Below, piece after piece: positions 7,395 through 17,400 of a stretch of 41,254 bases of DNA (within the stretch, counting starts at the first letter, position 1; each line of letters opens with the position of its first letter). The DNA is from Bacteroidota bacterium (lineage in GTDB: Bacteria > Bacteroidota > Bacteroidia > Flavobacteriales > Flavobacteriaceae). Under the pieces are notes generated by a model. It searched no databases and was not told the origin of the DNA. It saw only the letters and a program-made list of their open reading frames with translations. The position numbers and the translations under genes were made by a program. The stretch covers positions 1-41,254 of the forward strand of contig JAJRSY010000010.1 of NCBI GenBank assembly GCA_024278565.1. Reading direction: 5' to 3'.

Positions 7395-9416
7395 TCAATC
7401 GACCAATCCGGCACGCTTCAATAATGCTTTGATTTTAGGTTCGCTGCCACGAAACCGTTTGTATAAAACCATTGGTTTTTCGGTTCCGCCTTTTGATAGT
7501 ATATGGTCTTTGAATTTTGTGGCCACTTCTTTGTTGAAAATTCCTTTTTCCTTAAAATAGGCGAAGGCATCGGCATCTAAAACCTCGGCCCATTTATAGC
7601 TGTAGTATCCTGAGGAATACCCGCCTTGAAATATATGCGAAAAAGCCGTACTCATACAGGTATCAGGAGTTTCAGGGTATAGATCTGTACTTGAAAAGGC
7701 CTTGGTCTCCTGTTTTTTTACATTATTGATGCCCGTTGGGTCGGCACCGTGCCAAGACATATCCAACAGGCTAAAACTAATTTGTCGCAAAGTGGCCATA
7801 CCTTCTTGAAAGGTGGCCGATTCCTTTATTTTCCGAACCAAATCCATCGGAATCAATTCACCCGTTTTATAATGGGTGGCAAAAAGTTCCAACGCCTCTT
7901 TTTCATAGCACCAGTTTTCCATGATCTGACTGGGCAGTTCCACAAAATCCCAATAAACCGAAGTGCCCGATAGGCTGGGGTAGGTGGTATTTGCAAGCAT
8001 GCCGTGCAAACCGTGCCCGAATTCATGAAATAGGGTGGTCACTTCATTGAACGTTAAAAGTGATGGTTTACTGTCGGTGGGTTTGGTAAAGTTGCAAACG
8101 TTTGAGATGTGGGGCCGTATATTTTCGTCATTTTTTATGTACTGCGATTTGTAGGAGGTCATCCAAGCGCCACCACGTTTTCCGGGCCGTGGGTGAAAAT
8201 CGGCATAAAAGAGCGAGATAAAGTTTTTGCCGTCATCATAAACCTTATAGGTCTTGACATCTTCATGGTAGGTGTCTATATCAAAAACCTCTTCAAAATA
8301 GAGTCCGAACAATTTTTCAGCTACTTTAAAAACACCGTTGATCACATTTTCAAGTTTGAAAAAGGGTTTTAACTGCTCGTCGTTAAGGTCATAAAGTTTC
8401 TGCTTCAGTTTTTCTGAATAGTAGCTACTGTCCCATTTTTCGAGTCGGTCGATTTGGTCGATTTCTTTGGCAAAATCCTCGAGCTGTTTGAACTCACGTT
8501 CTGCTGCGGGTTTTGCCTTTTGGAGCAATTCGTTCAAAAAACCATGTACTTTTTCGGGAGTTTCGGCCATACGTTCTTCCAGTACAAAATGGGCGTGGGT
8601 CTTATAGCCTAACAAATTTGCCCGTTCATGCCGAAGTTGGGCTATTTTAAGTATGTTGTCTTGATTGTCGAGCTCGTCGTTGTGAAATGCTTTGCTGCCG
8701 AACGCCAAAGAAAGCTCTTTGCGAAGATTACGGTTTTTGGCATATTTCATAAAGGGTATATAACTGGGGTAATCTAACGTAATCATCCAGCCCTCTTTTT
8801 TGTCTTTTGATTTTGCCAATTGAGCGGCGGCTTCCTTTTCACCGTCGGGTAAACCTGCTATATCTTTTTCGTTGGTCAGATGTTTTTCGTACTTATTGGT
8901 CTCCGCCAACACATTTTCACCAAATTTTAATTTTAGTTTTGCCGAAGCTGCATCAATTTCCCGTAACCGTTTCTTTTTTTCTTCGGATAGATTGGCTCCG
9001 TTTCTACTAAAGCTTTTATATCTTTTATCCAATAAGGTCACTTGCTCGGTTGAAAGGGTCAACTTATCTCTCTGCCCATAAACCGTTTTTATCCTAGCGA
9101 ACAATTCCTCATTCAAGGTAACATCATTGCCAAACTCTGACAATAGGGGAGAGACCTCCTGTGCTATTTTTTGAATCTCCTCGTTGGTCTCGGCCGAGTT
9201 CAGGTTGAAGAACACGCTTGAAATACGGTCGAGTTGTTGCCCGGTAAACTCTAAAGCTTCAATGGTGTTTTCAAAGCTTGGTTCGGCTTTATTAGCGGTT
9301 ATTGCATCTATTTCGGCACGGGCATTGTCAATCGATTGAATAAAGGCGGGTTTAAAATGCTCGTTTTTTAATTGTGAAAAAGGTGCGGTATCAAACGGGG
9401 TTAAAAGGGGGTTCAT
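7395..9416 (-). CDS. M3 family metallopeptidase (peptidyl-dipeptidase Dcp/oligopeptidase A-like)
   Basis: FHEFGHGLH zinc motif, KRGGAWM, DFVELPSQ, FSHIFQGGYSSGYYSYKWAEVL. Confidence 0.93.
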   Translation of the reverse strand: MNPLLTPFDTAPFSQLKNEHFKPAFIQSIDNARAEIDAITANKAEPSFENTIEALEFTGQQLDRISSVFFNLNSAETNEEIQKIAQEVSPLLSEFGNDVTLNEELFARIKTVYGQRDKLTLSTEQVTLLDKRYKSFSRNGANLSEEKKKRLREIDAASAKLKLKFGENVLAETNKYEKHLTNEKDIAGLPDGEKEAAAQLAKSKDKKEGWMITLDYPSYIPFMKYAKNRNLRKELSLAFGSKAFHNDELDNQDNILKIAQLRHERANLLGYKTHAHFVLEERMAETPEKVHGFLNELLQKAKPAAEREFKQLEDFAKEIDQIDRLEKWDSSYYSEKLKQKLYDLNDEQLKPFFKLENVINGVFKVAEKLFGLYFEEVFDIDTYHEDVKTYKVYDDGKNFISLFYADFHPRPGKRGGAWMTSYKSQYIKNDENIRPHISNVCNFTKPTDSKPSLLTFNEVTTLFHEFGHGLHGMLANTTYPSLSGTSVYWDFVELPSQIMENWCYEKEALELFATHYKTGELIPMDLVRKIKESATFQEGMATLRQISFSLLDMSWHGADPTGINNVKKQETKAFSSTDLYPETPDTCMSTAFSHIFQGGYSSGYYSYKWAEVLDADAFAYFKEKGIFNKEVATKFKDHILSKGGTEKPMVLYKRFRGSEPKIKALLKRAGLVD

Positions 9417-9563
9417 TTTCTGAAGTGATTACTGAACTCAAGATGAGCTCATTGTTGATTTTTTGTTGATTGGTCTAAAGTCTTAAACAGTACTTTTCTA
9501 TAGTATACCAGATGGACTACTTTTATTTTTAAGTTATCGATACGATTATCAAGAGGTTTAAAT

Positions 9564-9586
9564 GCCCCCTTTGGGGGCTAGGGGGC
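9564..9586. repeat. GC-rich REP-like palindrome overlapping the purE stop
   Basis: GCCCCC-ttt-GGGGGC-TAGGGGGC. Confidence 0.6.
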
Positions 9587-10072
9587 TTTATTTTTCAATT
9601 CCCCTGCTCCCTTGATGACTTTCTCTTTTAATCCCTCTTTGTAGAGAATAACCTTATCAAGCACACATTTGTCAGCACTGCCAATGATCTGGGCAGCCAA
9701 AATACCGGCATTTTTTGCACCGTTCAGAGCCACGGTGGCTACGGGTACGCCACCCGGCATTTGAAGAATGGATAGTATAGAGTCCCAACCGTCAATTGAG
9801 TTGCTGCTTTTTATGGGCACCCCGATTACGGGTAGGGGAGACAGCGAAGCTACCATACCCGGTAAATGCGCTGCTCCACCTGCTCCGGCAATTACGGCCG
9901 AATAACCGTTTGTATGGGCGTTTTTACTGAATTCGAACAATTTTTCAGGGGTACGGTGGGCAGAAACGATGTCCACATCAACCTCGATATCAAACCCTTT
10001 CAGTATGTCGATTGCTTTTTGCATTACGGGCAGGTCGCTGGTGCTTCCCATTACTACGGCTATTTTGCTCAT
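9578..10072 (-). CDS. purE: N5-CAIR mutase
   Basis: MGSTSD, SAHRTP, AGAGGAAHLPGM, LQMPGGVPVATV. Confidence 0.97.
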   Translation of the reverse strand: MSKIAVVMGSTSDLPVMQKAIDILKGFDIEVDVDIVSAHRTPEKLFEFSKNAHTNGYSAVIAGAGGAAHLPGMVASLSPLPVIGVPIKSSNSIDGWDSILSILQMPGGVPVATVALNGAKNAGILAAQIIGSADKCVLDKVILYKEGLKEKVIKGAGELKNKAP

Positions 10073-10080
10073 AATTTATA

Positions 10081-11247
10081 TTATTTGCTGATTACCTTTA
10101 TTGTTTCCTTTACTTTTTGAGCTATTTTCCTAGCTATCGTAATATCTTTATTTACAATCGTAACATGACCCATTTTTCGAAAGGGCCTGGTTTGTTTCTT
10201 GCCGTATATGTGTGGCGTAACACCACCCATCTTTAAAATGGCTTCCATGTTTTTATAGACCACATCGCCCGTATGCCCTTCGGCACCCACTAAATTGACC
10301 ATGATTGCGGCCACTTTACTATCCGTATTGCCCAAAGGTAGGTCTAAAATAGCACGTATGTGGTTTTCGAATTGATTGGTGCAACTCGCCTCAATACTAT
10401 AATGCCCACTATTGTGGGGTCTTGGGGCGACTTCATTGATCAAAATATCATCGTTTTCGGTCTGAAACAACTCCACCGCCAAAATACCAATATGCCCAAT
10501 TTCTCTGGAAACTTTTAAAGCAACCTCTTGTGCTTTTTGAGCCACTTTGTCATCAATACGCGCCGGACATATCACATATTCGACCTGATTGGCTTCTGGG
10601 TGAAACTCCATTTCGACCACAGGGTAGGTGACCACTTCACCACTGATATTTCTTACCACGATAACGGCAAGCTCGTTTTTGAAGGGGACCAATTTTTCTG
10701 CAATACATTCCCCAAGGGGCAATCCGTCAAGGTCTTTCAAACTGCGAATTACTTTTACCCCTTGTCCGTCATAACCAAATTGTGTCGCTTTCCAAACAAA
10801 GGGCAAGGCCAATTCGCCATTGACAATACTATTTTTGATTTCACTGGCGAAGGCAAAGCGCGAAAATTCCGCTGTGGGCATACCATTGTCCACATAGAAC
10901 ATTTTTTGTGTGGCCTTGTTCTGTACAATACGTAAGGTCTTGGTGGTGGGGTACACTTTTAAACCCTCATCTTCCAATTTTTCAAGGGCCTGTAGGTTTA
11001 CATTCTCAATTTCAATGGTAAGTACATCCACTTTTTTTCCGAAGTTGTACACCGAATCAAAATCCATCAAACTGCCTTTGATAAATTCGTTACAGGCAAT
11101 TTTACAGGGTGCTTCGTCGGAGGCTTCCAAAACTTTGGTGTGAATATCGAGTTTTCGGGTTTCGTAAAGCAGCATCTTGCCCAATTGGCCACCGCCCAGT
11201 ATACCTAGTTTGAAGTCTGATGAAAAGTAATTTTGTGTTTTTTCCAA
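10081..11247 (-). CDS. purK: N5-CAIR synthase (ATP-grasp)
   Basis: LGGGQLGKM, GYDGQG, NEVAPRPHNSGH, RKMGHVT. Start is uncertain: TTG 11247 was chosen because a -7 box (11288-11281) overlaps the ORF-track start at 11283. Confidence 0.92.
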   Translation of the reverse strand: MEKTQNYFSSDFKLGILGGGQLGKMLLYETRKLDIHTKVLEASDEAPCKIACNEFIKGSLMDFDSVYNFGKKVDVLTIEIENVNLQALEKLEDEGLKVYPTTKTLRIVQNKATQKMFYVDNGMPTAEFSRFAFASEIKNSIVNGELALPFVWKATQFGYDGQGVKVIRSLKDLDGLPLGECIAEKLVPFKNELAVIVVRNISGEVVTYPVVEMEFHPEANQVEYVICPARIDDKVAQKAQEVALKVSREIGHIGILAVELFQTENDDILINEVAPRPHNSGHYSIEASCTNQFENHIRAILDLPLGNTDSKVAAIMVNLVGAEGHTGDVVYKNMEAILKMGGVTPHIYGKKQTRPFRKMGHVTIVNKDITIARKIAQKVKETIKVISK

Positions 11248-11341
11248 GGGTGTTGTTTGAGAAAGATTATAATACGAATACAAAAATACATCGAATTCTC
11301 AAAATGAGCCCAATGTGTTCTAAAAAGAGAAATCAAAATGC

Positions 11342-11349
11342 TATATTTG
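11342..11349 (+). promoter_or_regulatory. Bacteroidota -7 promoter box
   Basis: TATATTTG, 20 nt upstream of GTG 11370. Confidence 0.5.
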
Positions 11350-11369
11350 CCCCCTAATTTATATGAGCG

Positions 11370-12476
11370 GTGATAAAGTTGCACGACAAGTATTTTAAGC
11401 CTTTTTTGGGGGAACCTGAAATACAGGCTGCCGTTAAAAACTTGGCAGATAAAATTGCATCCGACTACAAAAACGAGACACCTATTTTTGTTGGGGTCTT
11501 GAACGGTGCTTTTATGTTCGTGTCAGATTTTCTCAAACAATACCAGCATCTGTGCGAGGTTTCTTTCGTTAAACTTAGTTCTTATCATGGATTGACCTCA
11601 ACGGGCATTGTTGAAACATTGTTGGATCTACCAGAAAATATCGAAGGTCGTACCGTCATCATTCTTGAAGATATCATTGATTCAGGGCGAACCTTGAAAG
11701 AACTGGTGCACCTTTTTTCCAATACCCATGTAAAAGAATTTAAGATTGCCGCTTTGTTCTATAAGTCCACAACCTACAATGGAGAGTACAACATTGATTA
11801 TGTGGGAATTGATATTCCGGACAAGTTTATTGTTGGGTACGGACTTGATTATAAGGAATTGGGAAGAAATTTAAAGGAAGTCTACCAATTAAACCAAAAA
11901 CATATGATAAATCTTGTGATTTTCGGAAAACCCGGAGCGGGAAAAGGAACCCAGGCCGAATTTTTAAAAGAGAGGTACAATCTAAAACATATTTCAACCG
12001 GTGATGTGTTTCGGTACAATATCAAGAACGGAACAGAATTGGGTGCTTTGGCCAAGTCCTATATAGATAAGGGTGATCTGGTGCCCGATGAGGTGACCAT
12101 AAAAATGTTAGAGGACGAGGTTGATAAAAACCCAGGTGCGAGCGGGTTTATTTTTGATGGATTTCCAAGAACTACCGCCCAGGCTGAAGCTTTGGATGTT
12201 TTTTTAGCTTCTAAAGATATGGGGATAAACGCAACCATAGCCCTTGAGGCCAATGACGAGGTGTTGACCCAACGCCTTTTGCAAAGGGGCAAAGTGAGCG
12301 GAAGAACCGATGATCAAGATGAGGATAAGATCAGAAACCGATTTGATGAGTACAACCAAAAGACGGTGCCTTTAAAAACCTACTATGAAGGGCAGGGCAA
12401 GTTTCATAGTGTTAACGGTATTGGGGAGATAGATGAAATCTCACTCAGGTTGGCAAAGGTCATAGAAGAGCTTTAG
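11370..12476 (+). CDS. adk: Fused hypoxanthine phosphoribosyltransferase / adenylate kinase
   Basis: N-half has VLNGAFMF, EDIIDSGRTL and VGYGLDY (HPRT). C-half from ATG 11904 has GKPGAGKGTQ, HISTGD and FDGFPRT (short-LID Adk). No stop lies between them. Confidence 0.9.
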   Translation: MIKLHDKYFKPFLGEPEIQAAVKNLADKIASDYKNETPIFVGVLNGAFMFVSDFLKQYQHLCEVSFVKLSSYHGLTSTGIVETLLDLPENIEGRTVIILEDIIDSGRTLKELVHLFSNTHVKEFKIAALFYKSTTYNGEYNIDYVGIDIPDKFIVGYGLDYKELGRNLKEVYQLNQKHMINLVIFGKPGAGKGTQAEFLKERYNLKHISTGDVFRYNIKNGTELGALAKSYIDKGDLVPDEVTIKMLEDEVDKNPGASGFIFDGFPRTTAQAEALDVFLASKDMGINATIALEANDEVLTQRLLQRGKVSGRTDDQDEDKIRNRFDEYNQKTVPLKTYYEGQGKFHSVNGIGEIDEISLRLAKVIEEL

Positions 12477-12492
12477 AAAAAGATCGAACCAT

Positions 12493-12621
12493 GCTTGCCG
12501 GCGAGGCAGGTCTCTCCCTTTTAGGAGGGAAGCTATGTCTCCCTTCTAAAAAGATCCGTGCTGAGCGTGGTCATTGAGCATAGTTGAAATGTGGTCGAAT
12601 TAGGGGGTTAAGGGGGGGGGT
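12493..12621. repeat. Cluster of nested REP-like elements
   Basis: GCTTGCCGGCGAGGCAGGT (17/19 to the reverse complement of 141-159); CTCCCTT...AGGGGGTTAAGGGGG interrupted by GTGCTGAGCGT...GTCGAA, itself interrupted by GGTCATTGAGCATAGTTGAAATG. Confidence 0.55.
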
Positions 12622-12643
12622 GTAATATATAAAAGTTTCATTT

Positions 12644-12692
12644 TATACTCCTGCCAAATGGAAATTTCGGATTTCCATTTGGCAGGAGTATA
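12644..12692. repeat. Perfect 22 bp-arm palindrome
   Basis: TATACTCCTGCCAAATGGAAAT-ttcgg-ATTTCCATTTGGCAGGAGTATA. Confidence 0.85.
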
Positions 12693-12766
12693 TACCTACT
12701 GGTAAAGTACCGTGGAATCGTTTATTCTCTTAAAATTCACGCTTTAAACGGCTAATTCTTTCAATA

Positions 12767-13768
12767 ATGACCGAAGGTAATTTTGTAGATTATGTAAAGG
12801 TGTTTCTCGCCTCTGGCAAAGGAGGCAAGGGGTCGGTGCATTTACATCGTGAAAAGTATATTACCAAGGGAGGCCCCGATGGCGGTGACGGTGGCCGTGG
12901 GGGCCATGTCATACTTCGGGGAAACAAAAACCATTGGACCCTTGTTCATTTTAAGTTCAAAAAACACTTTAAGGCAGGGCATGGTGGGCATGGTAGCAAA
13001 AGCAGGAGTTCTGGTGCCGATGGTCAAGATGTTTATTTAGATGTACCCTTGGGTACTATTTTGAGAGATGCTGAGACCAACGAAATTATAATGGAAGTCA
13101 CTGCACATGGTGAAGAAAAAATCATATTGGAAGGCGGTATGGGTGGTCGGGGCAATTGGCATTTTAGAAGTCCAACGAACCAAACACCAAGGTATGCACA
13201 GCCCGGTGTGGATGCCCAAGAGAAAGATTTTGTTCTTGAGCTTAAGATTTTGGCCGATGTGGGTTTGGTGGGTTTTCCGAATGCGGGAAAATCCACATTG
13301 CTTTCGGTGATTACCTCTGCAAAACCTAAAATAGCAGATTATGAGTTCACTACTTTAAAACCAAACTTGGGTATTGTTGAGTACCGCGATTTTCAGAGTT
13401 TTGTAATGGCCGATATACCCGGTATCATTGAAGGTGCGGCAGAAGGTAAAGGGCTCGGCCACTATTTTCTTCGGCACATAGAACGCAATGCAACACTTTT
13501 GTTCTTGATACCCGCTGACAGCAATGATATTGGCAAGGAATATGCGATTTTGTTGAACGAACTGAAAAGGTACAATCCTGAATTATTGGATAAAGAACGA
13601 TTGGTCGCCATTTCTAAAAGCGATATGCTCGATGAAGAGCTGACCGAAGAAATGCGTCTTGAATTGGACAAAGATCTAAAAGAAGTGTCCTATATGTTTA
13701 TCTCTTCAATTGCCCAACAGGGTATTCAAGAATTGAAAGATCGTCTTTGGGCGATGTTGAATGCATAG
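12767..13768 (+). CDS. obgE: GTPase ObgE/CgtA
   Basis: Gly-rich Obg fold [13 protein letters not shown]1 [10 protein letters not shown]2 YEFTT, G3 DIPG, G4 SKSD. Confidence 0.97.
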   Translation: MTEGNFVDYVKVFLASGKGGKGSVHLHREKYITKGGPDGGDGGRGGHVILRGNKNHWTLVHFKFKKHFKAGHGGHGSKSRSSGADGQDVYLDVPLGTILRDAETNEIIMEVTAHGEEKIILEGGMGGRGNWHFRSPTNQTPRYAQPGVDAQEKDFVLELKILADVGLVGFPNAGKSTLLSVITSAKPKIADYEFTTLKPNLGIVEYRDFQSFVMADIPGIIEGAAEGKGLGHYFLRHIERNATLLFLIPADSNDIGKEYAILLNELKRYNPELLDKERLVAISKSDMLDEELTEEMRLELDKDLKEVSYMFISSIAQQGIQELKDRLWAMLNA

Positions 13769-13887
13769 AGTACGAAGTCATTTTTAAGATTGCACTTATA
13801 GCCCCTATTGAAAATACTGATTTTCAGAATTATTTTCAGTAAAATATACATTGTTTGTAAGAATACTTCTTTTGTTGAAAACTTTCA

Positions 13888-13918
13888 TTTGAAAATGTTT
13901 TGATTTTTTATAATTTAG
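13888..13918 (+). promoter_or_regulatory. Candidate -33/-7 promoter
   Basis: TTTG-N19-TAATTTAG, one mismatch to TAnnTTTG. Confidence 0.4.
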
Positions 13919-13975
13919 CACTCCAATTAGGAAAATACCCCTTTTTGAGACCCAAACCTAACTAGAACGATGCAC

Positions 13976-14005
13976 CTATAGTTCATGATCGAACTGTAGT
14001 TTTTT
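13976..14005 (+). terminator. Intrinsic terminator-like hairpin
   Basis: CTATAGTTC-atgatc-GAACTGTAG followed by T6. Confidence 0.5.
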
Positions 14006-14066
14006 CAGGTTTTTTAAGTAAACTGTGTTCCCCCATCACAAAATTCAATTTATAAAAATCCTTTGT

Positions 14067-14429
14067 ATGGTAAAGTGTGCTCTGTATTATATTGAAAACC
14101 ACAAAATTGAAGTGGTCAATACTTTTTTGGGGAAAGAAAAAATACTGCTCAACGGGGTGACGGTCTCTGAAAAATCTTTCAATGTGGGAATCTCACATAC
14201 GTTTTCGATCGGAAAAAACCAGTATCGAATTTCACAAAGGGATAAAAGTTACAGTAAAAGGGGAAATATGTTCGAAATTCGAAAGAACGGTATGCCTCTT
14301 TCGTTGGTAAACCTAAGACCACAGACTTCTACCCAATTGCTTATTCTTGTAATAGTAATGGGGCTGGGCTTTGGTTTTACCTTCGGCCTTTTGTTTTATA
14401 ACCTGTTTTGGCCCGTAATGGGCATTTGA
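14067..14429 (+). CDS. Hypothetical protein with C-terminal TM helix
   Basis: About 120 aa; beta-rich N-part (GKEKILLNGVTVSEK) and hydrophobic C-terminus. ATG 14067 preferred to GTG 14025. Confidence 0.6.
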   Translation: MVKCALYYIENHKIEVVNTFLGKEKILLNGVTVSEKSFNVGISHTFSIGKNQYRISQRDKSYSKRGNMFEIRKNGMPLSLVNLRPQTSTQLLILVIVMGLGFGFTFGLLFYNLFWPVMGI

Positions 14430-14440
14430 ATTAGACCAAT

Positions 14441-17400
14441 CTACCTGTTTCCGATCAACACCCTTACCCCTTCACTATGGCTACTGAATTCAGGCGCATA
14501 CATACTTTGAATGGTGGTAATACCGTTACTGAATTCACCCGCATTGTTTATTCTTAAATCATATTCAAAAATATAAACCCCTTTGGGCAGGTGGTCAAAA
14601 AAGAAATTGGTGCTGGCATCTTTGGTGCTTTCGTAATACCCAAGACCGTCTTGCCATTTGTAACGTGAAATCACGTTTACCGGTTCTAGACCAGAGGCGC
14701 GCATATCTTTCATGTGAACGAATTCCATGGGGCGATCCGCTCTTAATTCAATTCTGGCACGGATCAAATCACCTACTTTCAATTTTGTTTTTGAAGTAAT
14801 CTCCGATATTTCTTCTCCAGTATCGGTATTCTTTTTTAGAAAGAGTTTCTTTTTTAGTTTTAGGGGAGTTTCGGCCGAGGTGATTTTGTCAAGATTTTCA
14901 AAATACTGCCAGTAAAGTGCCCCCCACGCAATGCCCTCACCTTTTTTTCTGATCTGTACCTCGGCCATTTTAGGTTTTACCCCGTTATCGTTCCAAGTGG
15001 TTTTGTAATAACCCGTACCGGCTTCCACTTTTACGTTTTCCAATTTTGAAGCATCTATTTTTTCTCCTCCGACCAGTACTTCTACGGCCTCTGTAACCGA
15101 TAGCCAATCACTGCCCTGAAGCAGCAATGCATATACAGCATCAGTAGTGGCCTTCGTGGTTTTCCATTGATTCGCCTGTTTGTTCTTTAACAACCATATT
15201 TTAAGGTTATCAATGGTTTTGGTATCGTTTTGAATCTCTGAAAATGCTTCGATCAATAATGCTTGGGTCTCGATAGGGGCCTGATACCAATACCATGAAT
15301 TGGTATTTTCTTTCCAGTACATGCCCAACTCTTCAGAGGTTATGCTATTTTCTTTGAGCGACCTTATTATTTTGTTCGATGTGGTCGAATCATCCATTCT
15401 ATTTAGGATCAAGGCCAACATTCCTTTCGAGTACAGGCTTTTGTTCATCCAATACTTTTGGGCCTGGCCTTTGTAATATGGGGTAATTTCATTTACTTTT
15501 TTAGACCTTTTGACGCCCTTGAAAAAGCTTCGCATATAGAGGTAGTGGATCTGTGTCTGGCTCAAATGGTCGTCTTTCAGGTTCGTGGCATACTTTTTCA
15601 TGCGGCTGTATTCACTCACGAATTCCCGATCCAAATACGCAATGGCATTTCTGATCAGAGCTTCATTGTTGTCGGTAGTCGAAGTTCGGTCACTGAGCGT
15701 AGTCGACATCTCGGCTACGCTTGATGGTGCAGTAAGTTTGTTCAAATGACCAAGCCCTGTAACAATGTGTTGTGTGATAAATCTATTATCGGGCCCACCG
15801 TTGAACCAAGCCCAGGCCCCTGATGGTTCCTGGTTCTGCCGCAATTTGTTCAAAGCTATAGCCTGTTCGCTCTTCATTTTGTTTAGATCGAAAAGCAGGG
15901 CAATGCGTTTTTTCTGTTCTGTTTCTGATTGGGCATCGCGCAACCATGGGGTTTCTTGAATGAGAAGAGATTTTAATTCTTGGTTCTTCTCCAAGTTGCT
16001 TACCAGCGCATCTGAGCTTGCCCACAGGTCGAACACTTCCTTGATTCTCGGATTGGAATTTGAAATATGGCTTGCCAAGGTATTGGCATAGTATCTTGAA
16101 AATGTTTGTTCGTTGCATTCATAGGGGTATTCCATTAAATAGGGCAATGCCTGCACTGCGTACCAAGCGGGATTGGAAGTGATTTCCAAGGTTAGTTTAT
16201 GGTGTTTCAGCGTAGTGGAGGTATTGTTCCTTAATTTTTTCAAGACGAAAGTTTTGGTTTGATCGCTACGTACCCACATCGGCATTGTTTCGGTCACCAG
16301 CATTCGATTGGTGAGAACGGGCAGTACATTTTGCTCCCCATCACTAAAATTCCCTGCCTTGGCCATTACCTTGTATTGTACGGCCTGAATGTTTTCTGGA
16401 ATTTTCAATGTCCATGAAACTTGGGTGTTTCCCAAAGAATCGACCTGAAACTTTCTGCTGGCTTCAATCTGGCCTCCTCCGCCTGCGGCACCTCCCCCCA
16501 AGGAGGAGGATAATAGCAATTCTGATGAAACATCTTTACCAGATACCGCATCGGTCAATTCTAACTTAGCTTGTCCGGAAAGTGTTTTGTCAGTAAGGTT
16601 TGCAATTTTACTGCTGATAACGATTTCATCGCCTTCCCTTAAAAAGCGTGGGGCGTTGGGTATGACCATCAGTTCTTTTTGGGTAACGGTCTCTAAGATT
16701 TTTACCGAACTTTCTAAATTCTTGGTATGTGCCAACAGCTGTAGTTTCCATTTGGTCAGGGCTTCGGGCGTGGTGAAACTGAAAGAGACGTTTCCTTCTT
16801 TGTCGGTCAGTAACCGTGGAAGGAAAAAAGCGGTTTCTTGAAGGTTTTTACGAATTTTTACATCGTCAAAAGAAGATTCTTGGTTTTCTTTTTGTTCGGC
16901 TATCGATGTTTGGGTTTTTGGTTTGTTCACCCCTGTCTTGTCTTTCTTCTTTGACGCTGAACCCTCTACTATTATTTTTTCCAATTCGGCTCCATCCGCT
17001 TCCATTTTCATTTCGGGCATTGGAGCAGCGTTTTTTCCCATTCTACCGCCAACCAATCCTTTGCTTCTGCGTATGCGTAGGCGACCATATCCAAAGTGCA
17101 GCCCAAACCAATCGAACGAATCAAAGTACTGTTCAGAGTACTGTGTGTTATAACTGTAACTATCGTAATCAAGGTTGTATGTATTAAAGGGGCGTGTGCC
17201 AAAGCTTTGTTGGGCGTTGGCGTATCTGTGCGAATAGTAATTTGGTTTGTGCAGTGGGTGAAAATCCCAATAATGGCTCTTGAAAGCATCCAAAGAGGCA
17301 TCGTACATACTGGCCAATAATTCTGCAGCAACCTTGTCGCCCTTGGGACCTTTGATTTTGAACGACCAGATTTCATCGGTGCCAGGCTGTAATTTATCTC

